Assembly: GCA_005223095.1 (NCBI GenBank)
Contig: NJBQ01000003.1
Location: forward strand, 1 to 63,376
DNA length: 63,376 bases
Direction: 5' to 3'
Source of the DNA: Candidatus Aerophobetes bacterium Ae_b3a
Lineage (GTDB): Bacteria; Aerophobota; Aerophobia; Aerophobales; AE-B3A
Of the stretch, positions 8,725 through 18,129 are shown piece by piece. Position 1 is the stretch's first letter, and the number at the start of each line of letters is the position of its first letter. The notes below the pieces were generated by a model. It saw nothing but the letters and a program-made list of their open reading frames with translations, was not told the DNA's origin and made no database searches. Both the position numbers and the translations under genes were made by a program.

Positions 8725-9719
8725 GGAAGTCAAACATATTCTTGCCAGCTGGTAGAATTTTGAGGTTTATCTTTATAGGTCTCTTTTTTCTATTGAATTT
8801 AATGGTAGTACCGTCTCTGGCGGTGGAACCTGAGGAGATTCTATGTCTATCACTGGAGGCCCAGTTTCAGGTTGATGCTGAGGGTATTAAGGAGACGCAA
8901 GTATATCGCCAGGAAGAAAACTATATTATCAGGGCAAAAATTATTTATCGGAAACCAGATTTTAGTTATATATTATATCTTGCTCCTCCCATGATCAAGG
9001 GTAGGAGGATTCTTGATAATGGCAAGTTGCGTATAGAATATATTCCAGGCATGAATAATCCTAAACACTCTTCTTCTTTGAACTCTTCTCTGGCTAGAAA
9101 GAGAAGAGAAAAAAGCCTGAATTTAATATTGGCTAACTATACTATTTCTCAGTTACCTGATGAAGATATAGCCGGTCGAGAAGTATATGTGATTTCCCTG
9201 GTCCCTCAATATCCCGGCAGCCCTGGATTGAAAAGATGGATAGATAAGGAGACCTTCCTTCCCCTTAAACAAGAAAGATATAACTCAGAAGGAAAATTGA
9301 CTTTTTCTTCTCAGTTTACTGAAATCCATTTCGGGAAAAAAATCTCTGAGGAAGAACTCAATGACATACCCGAATCAGTGAAAGACAAGGGGTTCCTCCC
9401 TCGACATCAGGTCGTTAGTGATATTGAGGAGCTAAAGGAAATAAGTAGATTTCCCTTATCTTTTCCCAAGTATCTACCATCAGGGTATAGTTTCCAGGAG
9501 GGTGTTCTACTTAATGGTGGAAAAAGAGTAGCTCTGATTTATACTAATGGACTGGAGACAATCGTTCTTTTTCAAGGCCCCCCCATAAATCTCAAAATTC
9601 AGGGTGGTCGTGAAATGCCTTTTGGCACTAAGTTCCGGACTGACAAAGGAAAAACCTTTGTTCTGATAGCTAATATATCCGAAGAGGAATTGACTAAAAT
9701 AATGGAGTCCATAGAATGA
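8721..9719 (+). CDS. RseB/LolA-like periplasmic protein with a DUF4367-like C-terminus
   Basis: Signal or TM segment. C-terminal YLPSGYSF..ALIY pattern. Its start overlaps the anti-sigma stop by 4 nt. Confidence 0.45.
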   Translation: MRKSNIFLPAGRILRFIFIGLFFLLNLMVVPSLAVEPEEILCLSLEAQFQVDAEGIKETQVYRQEENYIIRAKIIYRKPDFSYILYLAPPMIKGRRILDNGKLRIEYIPGMNNPKHSSSLNSSLARKRREKSLNLILANYTISQLPDEDIAGREVYVISLVPQYPGSPGLKRWIDKETFLPLKQERYNSEGKLTFSSQFTEIHFGKKISEEELNDIPESVKDKGFLPRHQVVSDIEELKEISRFPLSFPKYLPSGYSFQEGVLLNGGKRVALIYTNGLETIVLFQGPPINLKIQGGREMPFGTKFRTDKGKTFVLIANISEEELTKIMESIE

Positions 9720-9793
9720 GATTCTCAAAAAAGAAACAGCAGCGGAAAGAAAGAGGAGCAAAAGAGTAAAATCAAAATAGAGGAGAATGAAAG

Positions 9794-10879
9794 ATGAAAG
9801 CAAAATTTGTAAAGGGTGTAGTTGTATTGATAACAGGGATAATCTTCTTAGGCTCTGCATTTTCAGTCGCTTACGCAGAAGAAGAGAAAGCAGTCTTAAC
9901 TATTAATGAGGCATTGGAAAAGGTCTGGCAGAATAATCTTGACCTTCAAAAAGCTTCCCTCACCTTGAATAATGCCCGAATCAGTTATGAGAAGGCCAAG
10001 GCAAATGTTCTTCAGAGTGAATCAAAGATTGATGAGAAACAGGCTGAGCTTAATTGGCAGCAGGCACAAAACACTTTTCAGAAAAGTAAAGATGAGGTAG
10101 GAACAGAGGTCATTTCCTCATACAACAATTTTAAATATTTGCTGGCTCTTGTTCCTTTAAGGCAAGAAAAAGTAAAGTTAGCGCAAAATAACTTAGATAG
10201 AGTTAAAGAGAAGGTTAAAGCCGGGACAGCGGGAGAGCTAGAGGAGTTAGCGGCAGAGATTAGCCTGGAGACTGCTCGACAGCAACTCGAAAGCACTCAA
10301 CAGCAATTAGATATAGCGGAACAGAGTTTGTCTTTGGCAACCGGCACAGCGAATATACTGGAATTTAACCTGATTTCTGAATTTGAAAAAGATGCTGTAG
10401 AAAACTCATTGGATGTCTATGTAGCTACTGCTTTACAAAAAAGAGAGGAAATCGAATTTGCCAGAAAGAATATAGAGATTGCCGCTGACCGACTGGAACA
10501 GTTAAAGATAACAGACTCTCCCTGGCTGGATATAAACAAAGCCAATAATGACCTTAAGTTACTTCAAATAACGCTTGAATTACTGGAGGAGTCAATAAGA
10601 AGTGAGGTGCGGCAGAGATATCAGCAGATAGAATCTTTGAGTAGTCAGCTTGGGCTTCTTAATCTTACCTTAGGTCAAGCCAGGAGGAACCTGGATAATG
10701 CTGATAAACAATTCCAGGCAGGATTAATAACCAAAGATGAATTGTCTTCCAAGGAAGTGGACTTCAAGGAAGCTTATCTAGAATTACAAAAGAGCAAAGG
10801 AAGCGGGTATGTCGCCTATTTGAATTTACAGGTTAGTGCGGGAGAAAGACTAGATTTAGGTGGAAGAAATGAAGACTAG
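9794..10879 (+). CDS. TolC-family outer membrane efflux protein (short paralogue)
   Basis: Signal peptide, then the LTINEALEKVWQNNLDLQKA motif typical of OEP repeats, followed by coiled-coil-rich sequence. Confidence 0.7.
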   Translation: MKAKFVKGVVVLITGIIFLGSAFSVAYAEEEKAVLTINEALEKVWQNNLDLQKASLTLNNARISYEKAKANVLQSESKIDEKQAELNWQQAQNTFQKSKDEVGTEVISSYNNFKYLLALVPLRQEKVKLAQNNLDRVKEKVKAGTAGELEELAAEISLETARQQLESTQQQLDIAEQSLSLATGTANILEFNLISEFEKDAVENSLDVYVATALQKREEIEFARKNIEIAADRLEQLKITDSPWLDINKANNDLKLLQITLELLEESIRSEVRQRYQQIESLSSQLGLLNLTLGQARRNLDNADKQFQAGLITKDELSSKEVDFKEAYLELQKSKGSGYVAYLNLQVSAGERLDLGGRNED

Positions 10880-12290
10880 GAAGAGGGAGCTATTCTTTCT
10901 CTTTACTATTTTGTTCATCCCTCTTTTTATAGGGCAGGCCGGGTTTTCTAATTCCATTACCCTGGAAGATGCTGCCAAAATGGCTCTGGCAAATAATGAG
11001 CAAATTCTGAGCGTACAAACTTCTCTGGAGATAGCCAGATTAAATCTGAAACGGGCCCAGAAGCTTTTCGCTACCCCTTATATAAATCTTAATTTTGATC
11101 CCTGGCAGGGAAAGTATGATATTGAAAGAGAGACTTATCAGAGGCCAAGCGAATTTATGATGTCCGGGACAATCAAATTCTCTCGGGGGACCGACATTGG
11201 CCTTAACTACCGGGGAGCATATGACTATGAGGAGGGAGGTTATGATGATTTCTATACTCTGGAACTGCATCAGAGCCTCTTCCAGGACCAGAGTCTTACT
11301 CCTTCTGCTCTGGAGCTTTATAATGCCCGCATGGCTACAGAAGGAGCTTATCTTGCTCTGGAAGACATAGAAAAAGAGATTATTCTATCTACGGTGAGGA
11401 ATTTTTATCAGCTTCGGGAGATAGATAATTCCCTGAGTTTGACCAGAGAAAGAATAGCTCTGAGCCAGGAAGAACTGGCAGAAACTACCGAAAAGAAGGA
11501 TTCCGGGCTGGCTGGAGAGTTAGACGTGCTCAAGGCGGAAATTGAGCTGGCAGAAAATACTGAACAACTGAATCAATTAGAAAATCAGTTAGCGCTGGCT
11601 AAAGATCAATTTTATCGTTCTATTGGTGTAGAAAAAGATGTCCCCCTTATTCTTTCGCTTCCTCAAGAGAAAAAAGTGATAAAGAAAGCAGAAGAGCTGC
11701 TGGTTAAGGAAATCAGCCAGGAGATTGTTTTAAGTCAGAGTGAGCTCAAACAAGCACAGTGGACAATTGATGAAAAGCGTCTCCAGCTCAGCAGAAAAGA
11801 AGGGGAACTCTCTTCTGATTGGTTACTAACGGTGGGTTATACTTCGGAAAGGGCAACTTTGGATGGGATTACTCCTGCCCAGGGGCAGATAAAGATAGGG
11901 GTAACCTACAATCTTTTTGATGGAGGTCGAGCTAAATTATCAGTACAAGCAGCTCAAATGGAGCTGGCCAAGGCTGAGAGAAATCTTGAGAATCTAAAAA
12001 AGACAGCTCAATTTAGTCTCTCTTCTGAGAAAAATGCCTTGAGAGAAGCTCTATCTCAATTTAATTTGTGGAAGTTAAAAGAAGATGAGATAAAATTAAG
12101 GGGCGATTTAGCCCAAGAGCAATTTGCCCTGGGCATTATCAGCAACCAGGAGTTAAAAGAGTTTCAATTGCAGGTAATACAATTGAAAAATAGTTATCAG
12201 TTAGCCTTGCATAATCTTTTGGCTTCCTATTTTTCTTATAGGTTATCCTTGGGTATGAATATAGATTTTGACGAGGTGATAGGTAAATGA
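10860..12290 (+). CDS. TolC-family outer membrane efflux protein
   Basis: ITLEDAAKMALANNEQIL motif and two OEP-like repeats. Overlaps the preceding paralogue. Confidence 0.75.
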   Translation: MEEMKTRKRELFFLFTILFIPLFIGQAGFSNSITLEDAAKMALANNEQILSVQTSLEIARLNLKRAQKLFATPYINLNFDPWQGKYDIERETYQRPSEFMMSGTIKFSRGTDIGLNYRGAYDYEEGGYDDFYTLELHQSLFQDQSLTPSALELYNARMATEGAYLALEDIEKEIILSTVRNFYQLREIDNSLSLTRERIALSQEELAETTEKKDSGLAGELDVLKAEIELAENTEQLNQLENQLALAKDQFYRSIGVEKDVPLILSLPQEKKVIKKAEELLVKEISQEIVLSQSELKQAQWTIDEKRLQLSRKEGELSSDWLLTVGYTSERATLDGITPAQGQIKIGVTYNLFDGGRAKLSVQAAQMELAKAERNLENLKKTAQFSLSSEKNALREALSQFNLWKLKEDEIKLRGDLAQEQFALGIISNQELKEFQLQVIQLKNSYQLALHNLLASYFSYRLSLGMNIDFDEVIGK

Positions 12291-13351
12291 AAAAAAGGAA
12301 AAAGATAGTTATTTGGGTAGTGGTAATAGTTGTAGCTGCAGCAGGGGTTTATTACGTATATGGAAAGTTTTTTCCTTCTAAGGAGGAGACACAATCTTTT
12401 GCTCTTTCCCCAGAAAACATCATAACGGTAGAAGGGGGAGATGTTATCAGGACGGTTGATGCTTTTGGCCAGGTTAGACCAAACAGAGAATCTTTCTTAG
12501 CTTTTACCAGCAGTGGCATACTGGAGAAAATTGAGGTAGAAGAAGGACAGGAAGTTGAGAAGGGTAAGGTCCTGGCCCGCTTGAAGAACGCGCAGCAAAA
12601 GAGTCAACTTCTGCAGGCAGAAAATGCTTATAAAATAGCAAAGGTGGATGCCTCTTCCAGTGAGCTTAAAGAAAGAGAACTTGCTTATGAGGCAGCCCTG
12701 GAGAGTTATGAGAAGACTCTGATGAAAGCCCCCTTTGCTGGGGAAGTAGCCGAGATTCTTGCCTATGAAGGAGATTCTGTCTCTGGCTCTAGTGAGATAA
12801 TCTATCTGGTCAATCGGGACAAGATCTATGTTGATGTAAATATCGATGAGGTAGATATCAAAGAAATTTCTCTAGGCCAACAAGCCGAGATAACTTTTGA
12901 TGCCTACCCTCAGCTAAAACTACCCGCCCTGGTAGACAGTATATCTCCTTTGGCAACGGGGATGGGTGGAATCACCGTAGTAGAGGTGACTTTACAGCTT
13001 ACCCAGGGCGACCCTCGTATTATGCCCGGCTTCTCCGCTGAAGTAGAAATTACGGTGGAAGAGGTTCATAATGTAGTACGGGTTCCTATAGAAGCGGTGG
13101 TGGAAAGAGGAGGAATGCATTTTGTTCTGCTGATGACCGACAATGAACCGCAGATGACCATAGTGAGAGTAGGAAAGGGCAATGACGAATATATAGAGGT
13201 GACCTCTGGTTTAAAGGAGAATGATAGAATTGCCGCCAATGCCTATCAAATATTTGAACAATTCCAACAAGAAGCAGGAGGTGCTGAAGGGAGAAGAGGA
13301 ATGTTTCCTGGTATGCCAGGAGGAGGAACGATGCGTTTGGCGCCTCATTAA
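12287..13351 (+). CDS. macA: efflux periplasmic adaptor subunit (HlyD/MacA family)
   Basis: N-terminal TM segment, coiled-coil hairpin and beta-barrel region. Overlaps its neighbour by 4 nt. Confidence 0.8.
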   Translation: MKKRKKIVIWVVVIVVAAAGVYYVYGKFFPSKEETQSFALSPENIITVEGGDVIRTVDAFGQVRPNRESFLAFTSSGILEKIEVEEGQEVEKGKVLARLKNAQQKSQLLQAENAYKIAKVDASSSELKERELAYEAALESYEKTLMKAPFAGEVAEILAYEGDSVSGSSEIIYLVNRDKIYVDVNIDEVDIKEISLGQQAEITFDAYPQLKLPALVDSISPLATGMGGITVVEVTLQLTQGDPRIMPGFSAEVEITVEEVHNVVRVPIEAVVERGGMHFVLLMTDNEPQMTIVRVGKGNDEYIEVTSGLKENDRIAANAYQIFEQFQQEAGGAEGRRGMFPGMPGGGTMRLAPH

Positions 13352-13355
13352 GAAA

Positions 13356-14051
13356 ATGAAAAAACCATTTATTCAAGCTAACGATATCTGGAAAATATAT
13401 TATATGGGAGAAGTAGAGGTCCCTGCTATAAGGGGAATCAGCCTGGAGATTAAGAAGGGGGAATTCATTGCCATTATCGGTCCCTCTGGTTCAGGTAAAT
13501 CAACCTTGATGCATATCCTGGGCTGCCTGGACAAGCCAACAAAGGGCATTTTCTATTTAGACGAAGAGGATATTCTGAAGGCTTCAGAGAATCGTCTGGC
13601 TGCTATCAGAAATGATAGAATTGGTTTCGTTTTTCAGCAGTTTAACCTTTTAGCCAGAAGGAGTGCTCTGGAGAATGTGGAGACCCCCTGCCTTTATGCC
13701 GGGAAAAGCAGGAAGGAGCGAATAAGAAGAGCTAGAGAATCCTTGCTCAAGGTAGGATTGGAGGAGAAACGCTTTTCTCATCACCCCAATCAGTTATCAG
13801 GCGGACAGAGACAGAGAGTAGCCATTGCTCGGGCCTTAATCAACGATCCCGACATTATCTTTGCCGATGAACCGACGGGTGCTCTCGATACCAGGAGCGG
13901 TGATGAAATACTAGAAATATTTCAACAACTAAATAAAGAAGGCAGAACCCTTATCTTAGTGACCCACGAGAGATATGTAGCTCAGTATGCTGAGCGCATC
14001 ATCCACATTAAAGATGGTCGAATAGATTCCGAGGAGCTTATAGCACAATGA
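13356..14051 (+). CDS. macB: MacB-type ABC transporter ATP-binding protein
   Basis: Walker [10 protein letters not shown], signature LSGGQRQR, Walker B IIFADEPT. Start moved to the ATG at 13356; the 13221 extension overlaps macA. Confidence 0.9.
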   Translation: MKKPFIQANDIWKIYYMGEVEVPAIRGISLEIKKGEFIAIIGPSGSGKSTLMHILGCLDKPTKGIFYLDEEDILKASENRLAAIRNDRIGFVFQQFNLLARRSALENVETPCLYAGKSRKERIRRARESLLKVGLEEKRFSHHPNQLSGGQRQRVAIARALINDPDIIFADEPTGALDTRSGDEILEIFQQLNKEGRTLILVTHERYVAQYAERIIHIKDGRIDSEELIAQ

Positions 14052-15253
14052 TTGTTTCTGAACTGGCCAAAGTTGCCCTGCAAAGCTTGATGATCAACAA
14101 ACTGCGCTCTTTTCTTTCTATGCTGGGAATAATTATTGGAGTAACGGCAGTAATTGCCATAATCTCCATCGGGCAAGGAGCTACCCAAATGGTTCAGGAG
14201 ACTATCTCCTCGCTCGGCTCGGGATTAGTTACTATTTCACCCGGCTTTAGAGGAGGCTGGGGAGGAAGGGCAGCTCGCACGGCTAGTGGCCTTTTTACCC
14301 TCGAGTTAGGCGAGGAGCTAAAAGAGAAATCTCCCGATGTGGAGGAACTGGTTCCTTCCATTCAGTCGGGAGGTCTTTTGAAGTACGGGGAGAACAGCTA
14401 TCAGGCCAGTATCGTGGCCACTGCTTCTGGCTATGAGAATATATTTAATCACACAATAGCTGAGGGTAGGTTTCTTGTAGCAGAAGACGTGGATAACTAC
14501 AGGAAAGTAGTTGTTCTGGGATCTAATGTGGTCAGGGAGTTATTTGGCAATCAAAATCCTTTAGGCAAGAAAACAATTATCCAGATGGGACAGGGTAGGT
14601 TTATTTTTGAAGTAGTTGGTGTCCTGGAAAGTAAAGGTCAGGTGATGTTTTTTAATTTTGATAATCAGGTCTATATTCCCGTTACTACGATGATGAAGAG
14701 AATGACCGGCAGTAAATATGTCAACTCCTATTCGGCGCAAGCAATTGATTCAGAGGAGGCTATCAAACAGGTGGAATTCTTGCTGGCCAAAAGATTAGAA
14801 GACCCCGATCTTTATAATGTAACGAGTCAAGAGGAGATTCTAGAGACAATTCAACGAGTGAGTGCTACCATGATTTTTATGCTAGCTGGAATAGCTGGCA
14901 TTTCTCTTCTGGTAGGAGGCATTGGCATAATGAATATTATGCTGGTTTCAGTAACAGAAAGGACGAGAGAAATAGGTATCAGGAAAGCTCTGGGAGCAAA
15001 GAGAAAAGATATTTTGATTCAGTTTATTGTCGAAGCCTTAGTAATGAGCCTGGTGGGAGGAGCAATTGGTCTTGTTCTGGGATGGGCGGTTTCAGTTCTG
15101 GTTTCCCGCTACGGCGGTTGGGCACCTACCTTATCCATGTTTTCTGTTGTTGTCGGTATTGGCTTTTCTTCTGCAGTAGGACTTGTCTTTGGTATTTATC
15201 CAGCAATGAAAGCAGCTAAGTTAAACCCGGTAGAAGCACTGAGATATGAATAA
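14048..15253 (+). CDS. MacB-type ABC transporter permease (FtsX-like)
   Basis: N-terminal TM segment, periplasmic domain and C-terminal FtsX-type TM bundle (TERTREIGIRKALGA). Confidence 0.9.
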   Translation: MIVSELAKVALQSLMINKLRSFLSMLGIIIGVTAVIAIISIGQGATQMVQETISSLGSGLVTISPGFRGGWGGRAARTASGLFTLELGEELKEKSPDVEELVPSIQSGGLLKYGENSYQASIVATASGYENIFNHTIAEGRFLVAEDVDNYRKVVVLGSNVVRELFGNQNPLGKKTIIQMGQGRFIFEVVGVLESKGQVMFFNFDNQVYIPVTTMMKRMTGSKYVNSYSAQAIDSEEAIKQVEFLLAKRLEDPDLYNVTSQEEILETIQRVSATMIFMLAGIAGISLLVGGIGIMNIMLVSVTERTREIGIRKALGAKRKDILIQFIVEALVMSLVGGAIGLVLGWAVSVLVSRYGGWAPTLSMFSVVVGIGFSSAVGLVFGIYPAMKAAKLNPVEALRYE

Positions 15254-15258
15254 GAACC

Positions 15259-15368
15259 GTGAATGGCAAATTAGTGAATGGTGAATAGTGAATGGTGAAT
15301 CGAAAAGAAAGAACCGACCGTTTGTAGAGTTCAGTTAACAATTCACGATTCACGAAATACGATTCACC
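15259..15368. repeat. heptamer-periodic inverted repeat (GTGAATN arms)
   Basis: Left arm GTGAATG GTGAATA GTGAATG GTGAATC. Right arm CGATTCA CGATTCA CGAAATA CGATTCA. The arms are imperfectly complementary and the repeat starts 6 nt after the macB permease stop. Confidence 0.6.
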
Positions 15369-15397
15369 AGCTACAGCGACAGAAAGGAGCTGGAGCA

Positions 15398-16222
15398 ATG
15401 CCTGAGTTGCCAGAGGTAGAGACAATAAGAAAAGGTTTAGAGAAAAAAGTAAGAGGAAAAAGGGTAAACAAGGTAATTATAAGAAGTGAAAAAGCCATAA
15501 AAGCACCTTCCTCACCAGACGAATTTGTTAAAAAGATAGAAGGAAGGAAATTGAGTGAAATCAAGCGAAAAGGAAAATATTTAATTCTGGAGTTGGACTG
15601 CAAGGATAGCCTGATTATTCATTTAAAAATGACCGGTCGCCTTATCTATTCATCAGAAGGGGAAGAGCTTTCCTATGCCCGGGTAATTTTTATCTTCCCA
15701 GATAAGACTCAGCTTAATTTTACTGACATGCGAGGATTTGGAGGATTATGGCTAGTACCTGATGAGGAGTTTTCCAATATTCCTTTGCTGAAGAGTATGG
15801 GCCCGGAACCTCTAGAGAATGATTTTACCCTGGCTAGATTCAGAGGGCTTTTAAAAGGAAAGAAAGGTAAGATCAAATCTCTCTTAATGGAGCAGACATT
15901 TATTGCCGGGGTTGGCAATATTTATTCTCAGGAGGCACTCTTCTTGAGCGGTATTCATCCTGAGAGAAATGCGTCTATGCTTATTGACAGGGAAGTTGAG
16001 AGCTTATATAATAATCTATTGGCTGTTCTACGGGAAGCTCTCTCTTACGGTGGTAGTTCAATAGATGCCTATGTTGACCTAAACGGGAAAAAGGGGAGTT
16101 ATGAATCCCATCTAAGGGTTTATGGACGCCAGAAGAAAAACTGCCCTCGATGTGGAGCAGTTATAAGAAAAATCAAAGTAAGCGGGAGAGGAACCTGTTT
16201 TTGTCCTGTTTGCCAAAAATAA
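15398..16222 (+). CDS. mutM: formamidopyrimidine-DNA glycosylase
   Basis: N-terminal MPELPEVE and a C-terminal CxxC...CxxC zinc finger. Confidence 0.9.
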   Translation: MPELPEVETIRKGLEKKVRGKRVNKVIIRSEKAIKAPSSPDEFVKKIEGRKLSEIKRKGKYLILELDCKDSLIIHLKMTGRLIYSSEGEELSYARVIFIFPDKTQLNFTDMRGFGGLWLVPDEEFSNIPLLKSMGPEPLENDFTLARFRGLLKGKKGKIKSLLMEQTFIAGVGNIYSQEALFLSGIHPERNASMLIDREVESLYNNLLAVLREALSYGGSSIDAYVDLNGKKGSYESHLRVYGRQKKNCPRCGAVIRKIKVSGRGTCFCPVCQK

Positions 16223-16272
16223 AAAAAGAATGCACTTGCAGTTTCATTACTGCAAAATAAGGAGGTTTTCCC

Positions 16273-17898
16273 ATGTTTGAAAGGTTATCAGCTTCAAAGA
16301 TATTTCGATTTCCCTTTGTTTTCTGGATGGTTCTTGTAGGAGGGTTAGTAGCGGTGGGGATTGGTCTGATCTCATTGGGCTATCCTGTGCCAGCTACTGA
16401 GCTGAAAGGGTTGGAGGGAACCCTTTACCAGGAGAGTAGGGAGGTTCATTCTATTTCTCCTGACAGCTTAGAGGGAATGATTGTTAGTACGGTACAGTTA
16501 GTGAGTCCAGCGGTAGTGAGCATCAGTACGGAAAGAACAGTGGCAAGTCTTCGGTCCGGCCAGGAACGTTCTTATGGAGAGCGATTCGAGAATTTTGACG
16601 AATTCTTCCGACGTTTTTTCCGATCTCCCGAACCGCGCAGAGAATTTAAACAAAAAGGTCTTGGTTCTGGTATGATTATAAATGAGAATGGTTATATCCT
16701 GACCAATGAGCATGTGATTCATCAGGTAGACGAAGGTGGCATTTCAATTACTCTTTCTGATGGGCGTATCTTGGATGCAGAGATTGTAGAGACAGATTTA
16801 GAATCAGACCTGGCTGTACTCAAGATTAGGGCAGATAGTCTTCCTGTAGTTACTCTGGGAGACTCAGACAACTTAAGAGTGGGACAATGGGCTATTGCTA
16901 TAGGTAATCCTTTTGGCTACGCTCTTTCAGAGCTTAACCAGAAGTATGAACCTACGGTGACTGTAGGGGTAATTAGCGCTAGGGAAAGAGCTATGCAGAT
17001 AGGAGGGGCAGGCACAGAGGTGAGAGTCTACACTGATTTAATTCAAACAGATGCCTCTATTAATCCAGGTAATAGCGGCGGACCTTTGGTAAACATCCAT
17101 GGAGAAGTTATTGGAGTCAATTCCGCCATTCTCAGTCCCTCTGGGGTGGGTTCTATAGGAATTGGCTTCGCTGTACCAATAAACAAAGCCAAGAGAATAT
17201 TGGATAGCCTGGTCAAATACGGAAAGATAGAATGGCCCTGGATAGGAATTTATATGCAACCAGAACTTACTGAAGATTTGGCCAAAAAATTTGGAGTAGA
17301 AAGAGGAGTTTTGGTGACAGAGGTAGTAGAGTCAAGTCCAGCAAAAAAAGCTGGAGTTAAAGCTGGAGATGTTATTCAAAAAGTGAATGGAAAAGATGTT
17401 AACTCTCCTCTGGATTTGAAAAATGAGATCCTGAAATTGGAAATTGGTGAGGAGATAGTACTAGCTCTGGTTAGAGAAAAAGAACAGATCACTATTGCTC
17501 TTACTACAGGCAGAGTACCGGAGGAGATTGTCCGAGCGGAAGAAGAAATAGGAGAAGAAGAAGAGACAGAAAAGGAGATAAAAGAAGCCCTGGATAAGGC
17601 TCCGGAAGAAGCGCTTCTGGGGATAAAAGTCCAGCCTATTACTTCAGAATTAAGAAAAAAGTATAATCTGGCCGAAGATGAACAGGGAGTAGTAGTCACC
17701 CAGATAACCCCTGCCGGCCCAGCTATGCAGGCAGGAATTGAGCCAGGAGATGTAATCAAAGAGGTCGACCGAAAGAAAATCACCGACATAGATGATTTCC
17801 AGGAAGCTATACAAGAGGTGAAACCAGGAGAAATGATTCTTCTTCGAGTGCGTCATGGTGTCTGGACAATGTATATTACTATTCCCACTAATAAGTAA
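16273..17898 (+). CDS. htrA: HtrA/DegP-family serine protease with two PDZ domains
   Basis: Catalytic-triad context (TNEHV, DLAVLK, GNSGGPLVN) and two PDZ-like regions separated by an acidic linker. Confidence 0.9.
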   Translation: MFERLSASKIFRFPFVFWMVLVGGLVAVGIGLISLGYPVPATELKGLEGTLYQESREVHSISPDSLEGMIVSTVQLVSPAVVSISTERTVASLRSGQERSYGERFENFDEFFRRFFRSPEPRREFKQKGLGSGMIINENGYILTNEHVIHQVDEGGISITLSDGRILDAEIVETDLESDLAVLKIRADSLPVVTLGDSDNLRVGQWAIAIGNPFGYALSELNQKYEPTVTVGVISARERAMQIGGAGTEVRVYTDLIQTDASINPGNSGGPLVNIHGEVIGVNSAILSPSGVGSIGIGFAVPINKAKRILDSLVKYGKIEWPWIGIYMQPELTEDLAKKFGVERGVLVTEVVESSPAKKAGVKAGDVIQKVNGKDVNSPLDLKNEILKLEIGEEIVLALVREKEQITIALTTGRVPEEIVRAEEEIGEEEETEKEIKEALDKAPEEALLGIKVQPITSELRKKYNLAEDEQGVVVTQITPAGPAMQAGIEPGDVIKEVDRKKITDIDDFQEAIQEVKPGEMILLRVRHGVWTMYITIPTNK

Positions 17899-17902
17899 GC
17901 CT

Positions 17903-18113
17903 GAGTAGCGAATAGCGGGTAGCGTTTAGCGTATAGAAAAACATCTACGATTCACTATGAAGGTTCAGTGTTCAAGGTTGAACTCGGTGGTTTAGAGTGC
18001 TTTTAACAAGTCAGTGGACTATGAGCAGGGAACTAGGAAGGGACGCGTAATACGACATATTTTTGTACTTTTTGTCTTCACTATACGCTATCCGCTATAC
18101 GCTAAACGCTATG
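17903..18113. repeat. heptamer-periodic inverted repeat (TAGCGNN arms) enclosing a spacer of about 145 nt
   Basis: Left arm TAGCGAA TAGCGGG TAGCGTT TAGCGTA TAG. Right arm CTATACG CTATCCG CTATACG CTAAACG. Starts 5 nt after the htrA stop. Confidence 0.6.
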
Positions 18114-18129
18114 AAGGAGGGAGAAAATA

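Noticed and set aside
13221-13355. 45-codon N-terminal extension of the MacB ATPase ORF.
   Set aside because: It overlaps the 3' end of macA in another frame. The ATG at 13356 gives the normal ABC ATPase N-terminus.
15259-15368. CRISPR array as an explanation for the GTGAAT-type repeats, and for those at 17903-18113 and 41457-41607.
   Set aside because: The repeat unit is 7 nt with no unique spacers of CRISPR size. The arms are inverted rather than direct, and no cas genes are nearby.
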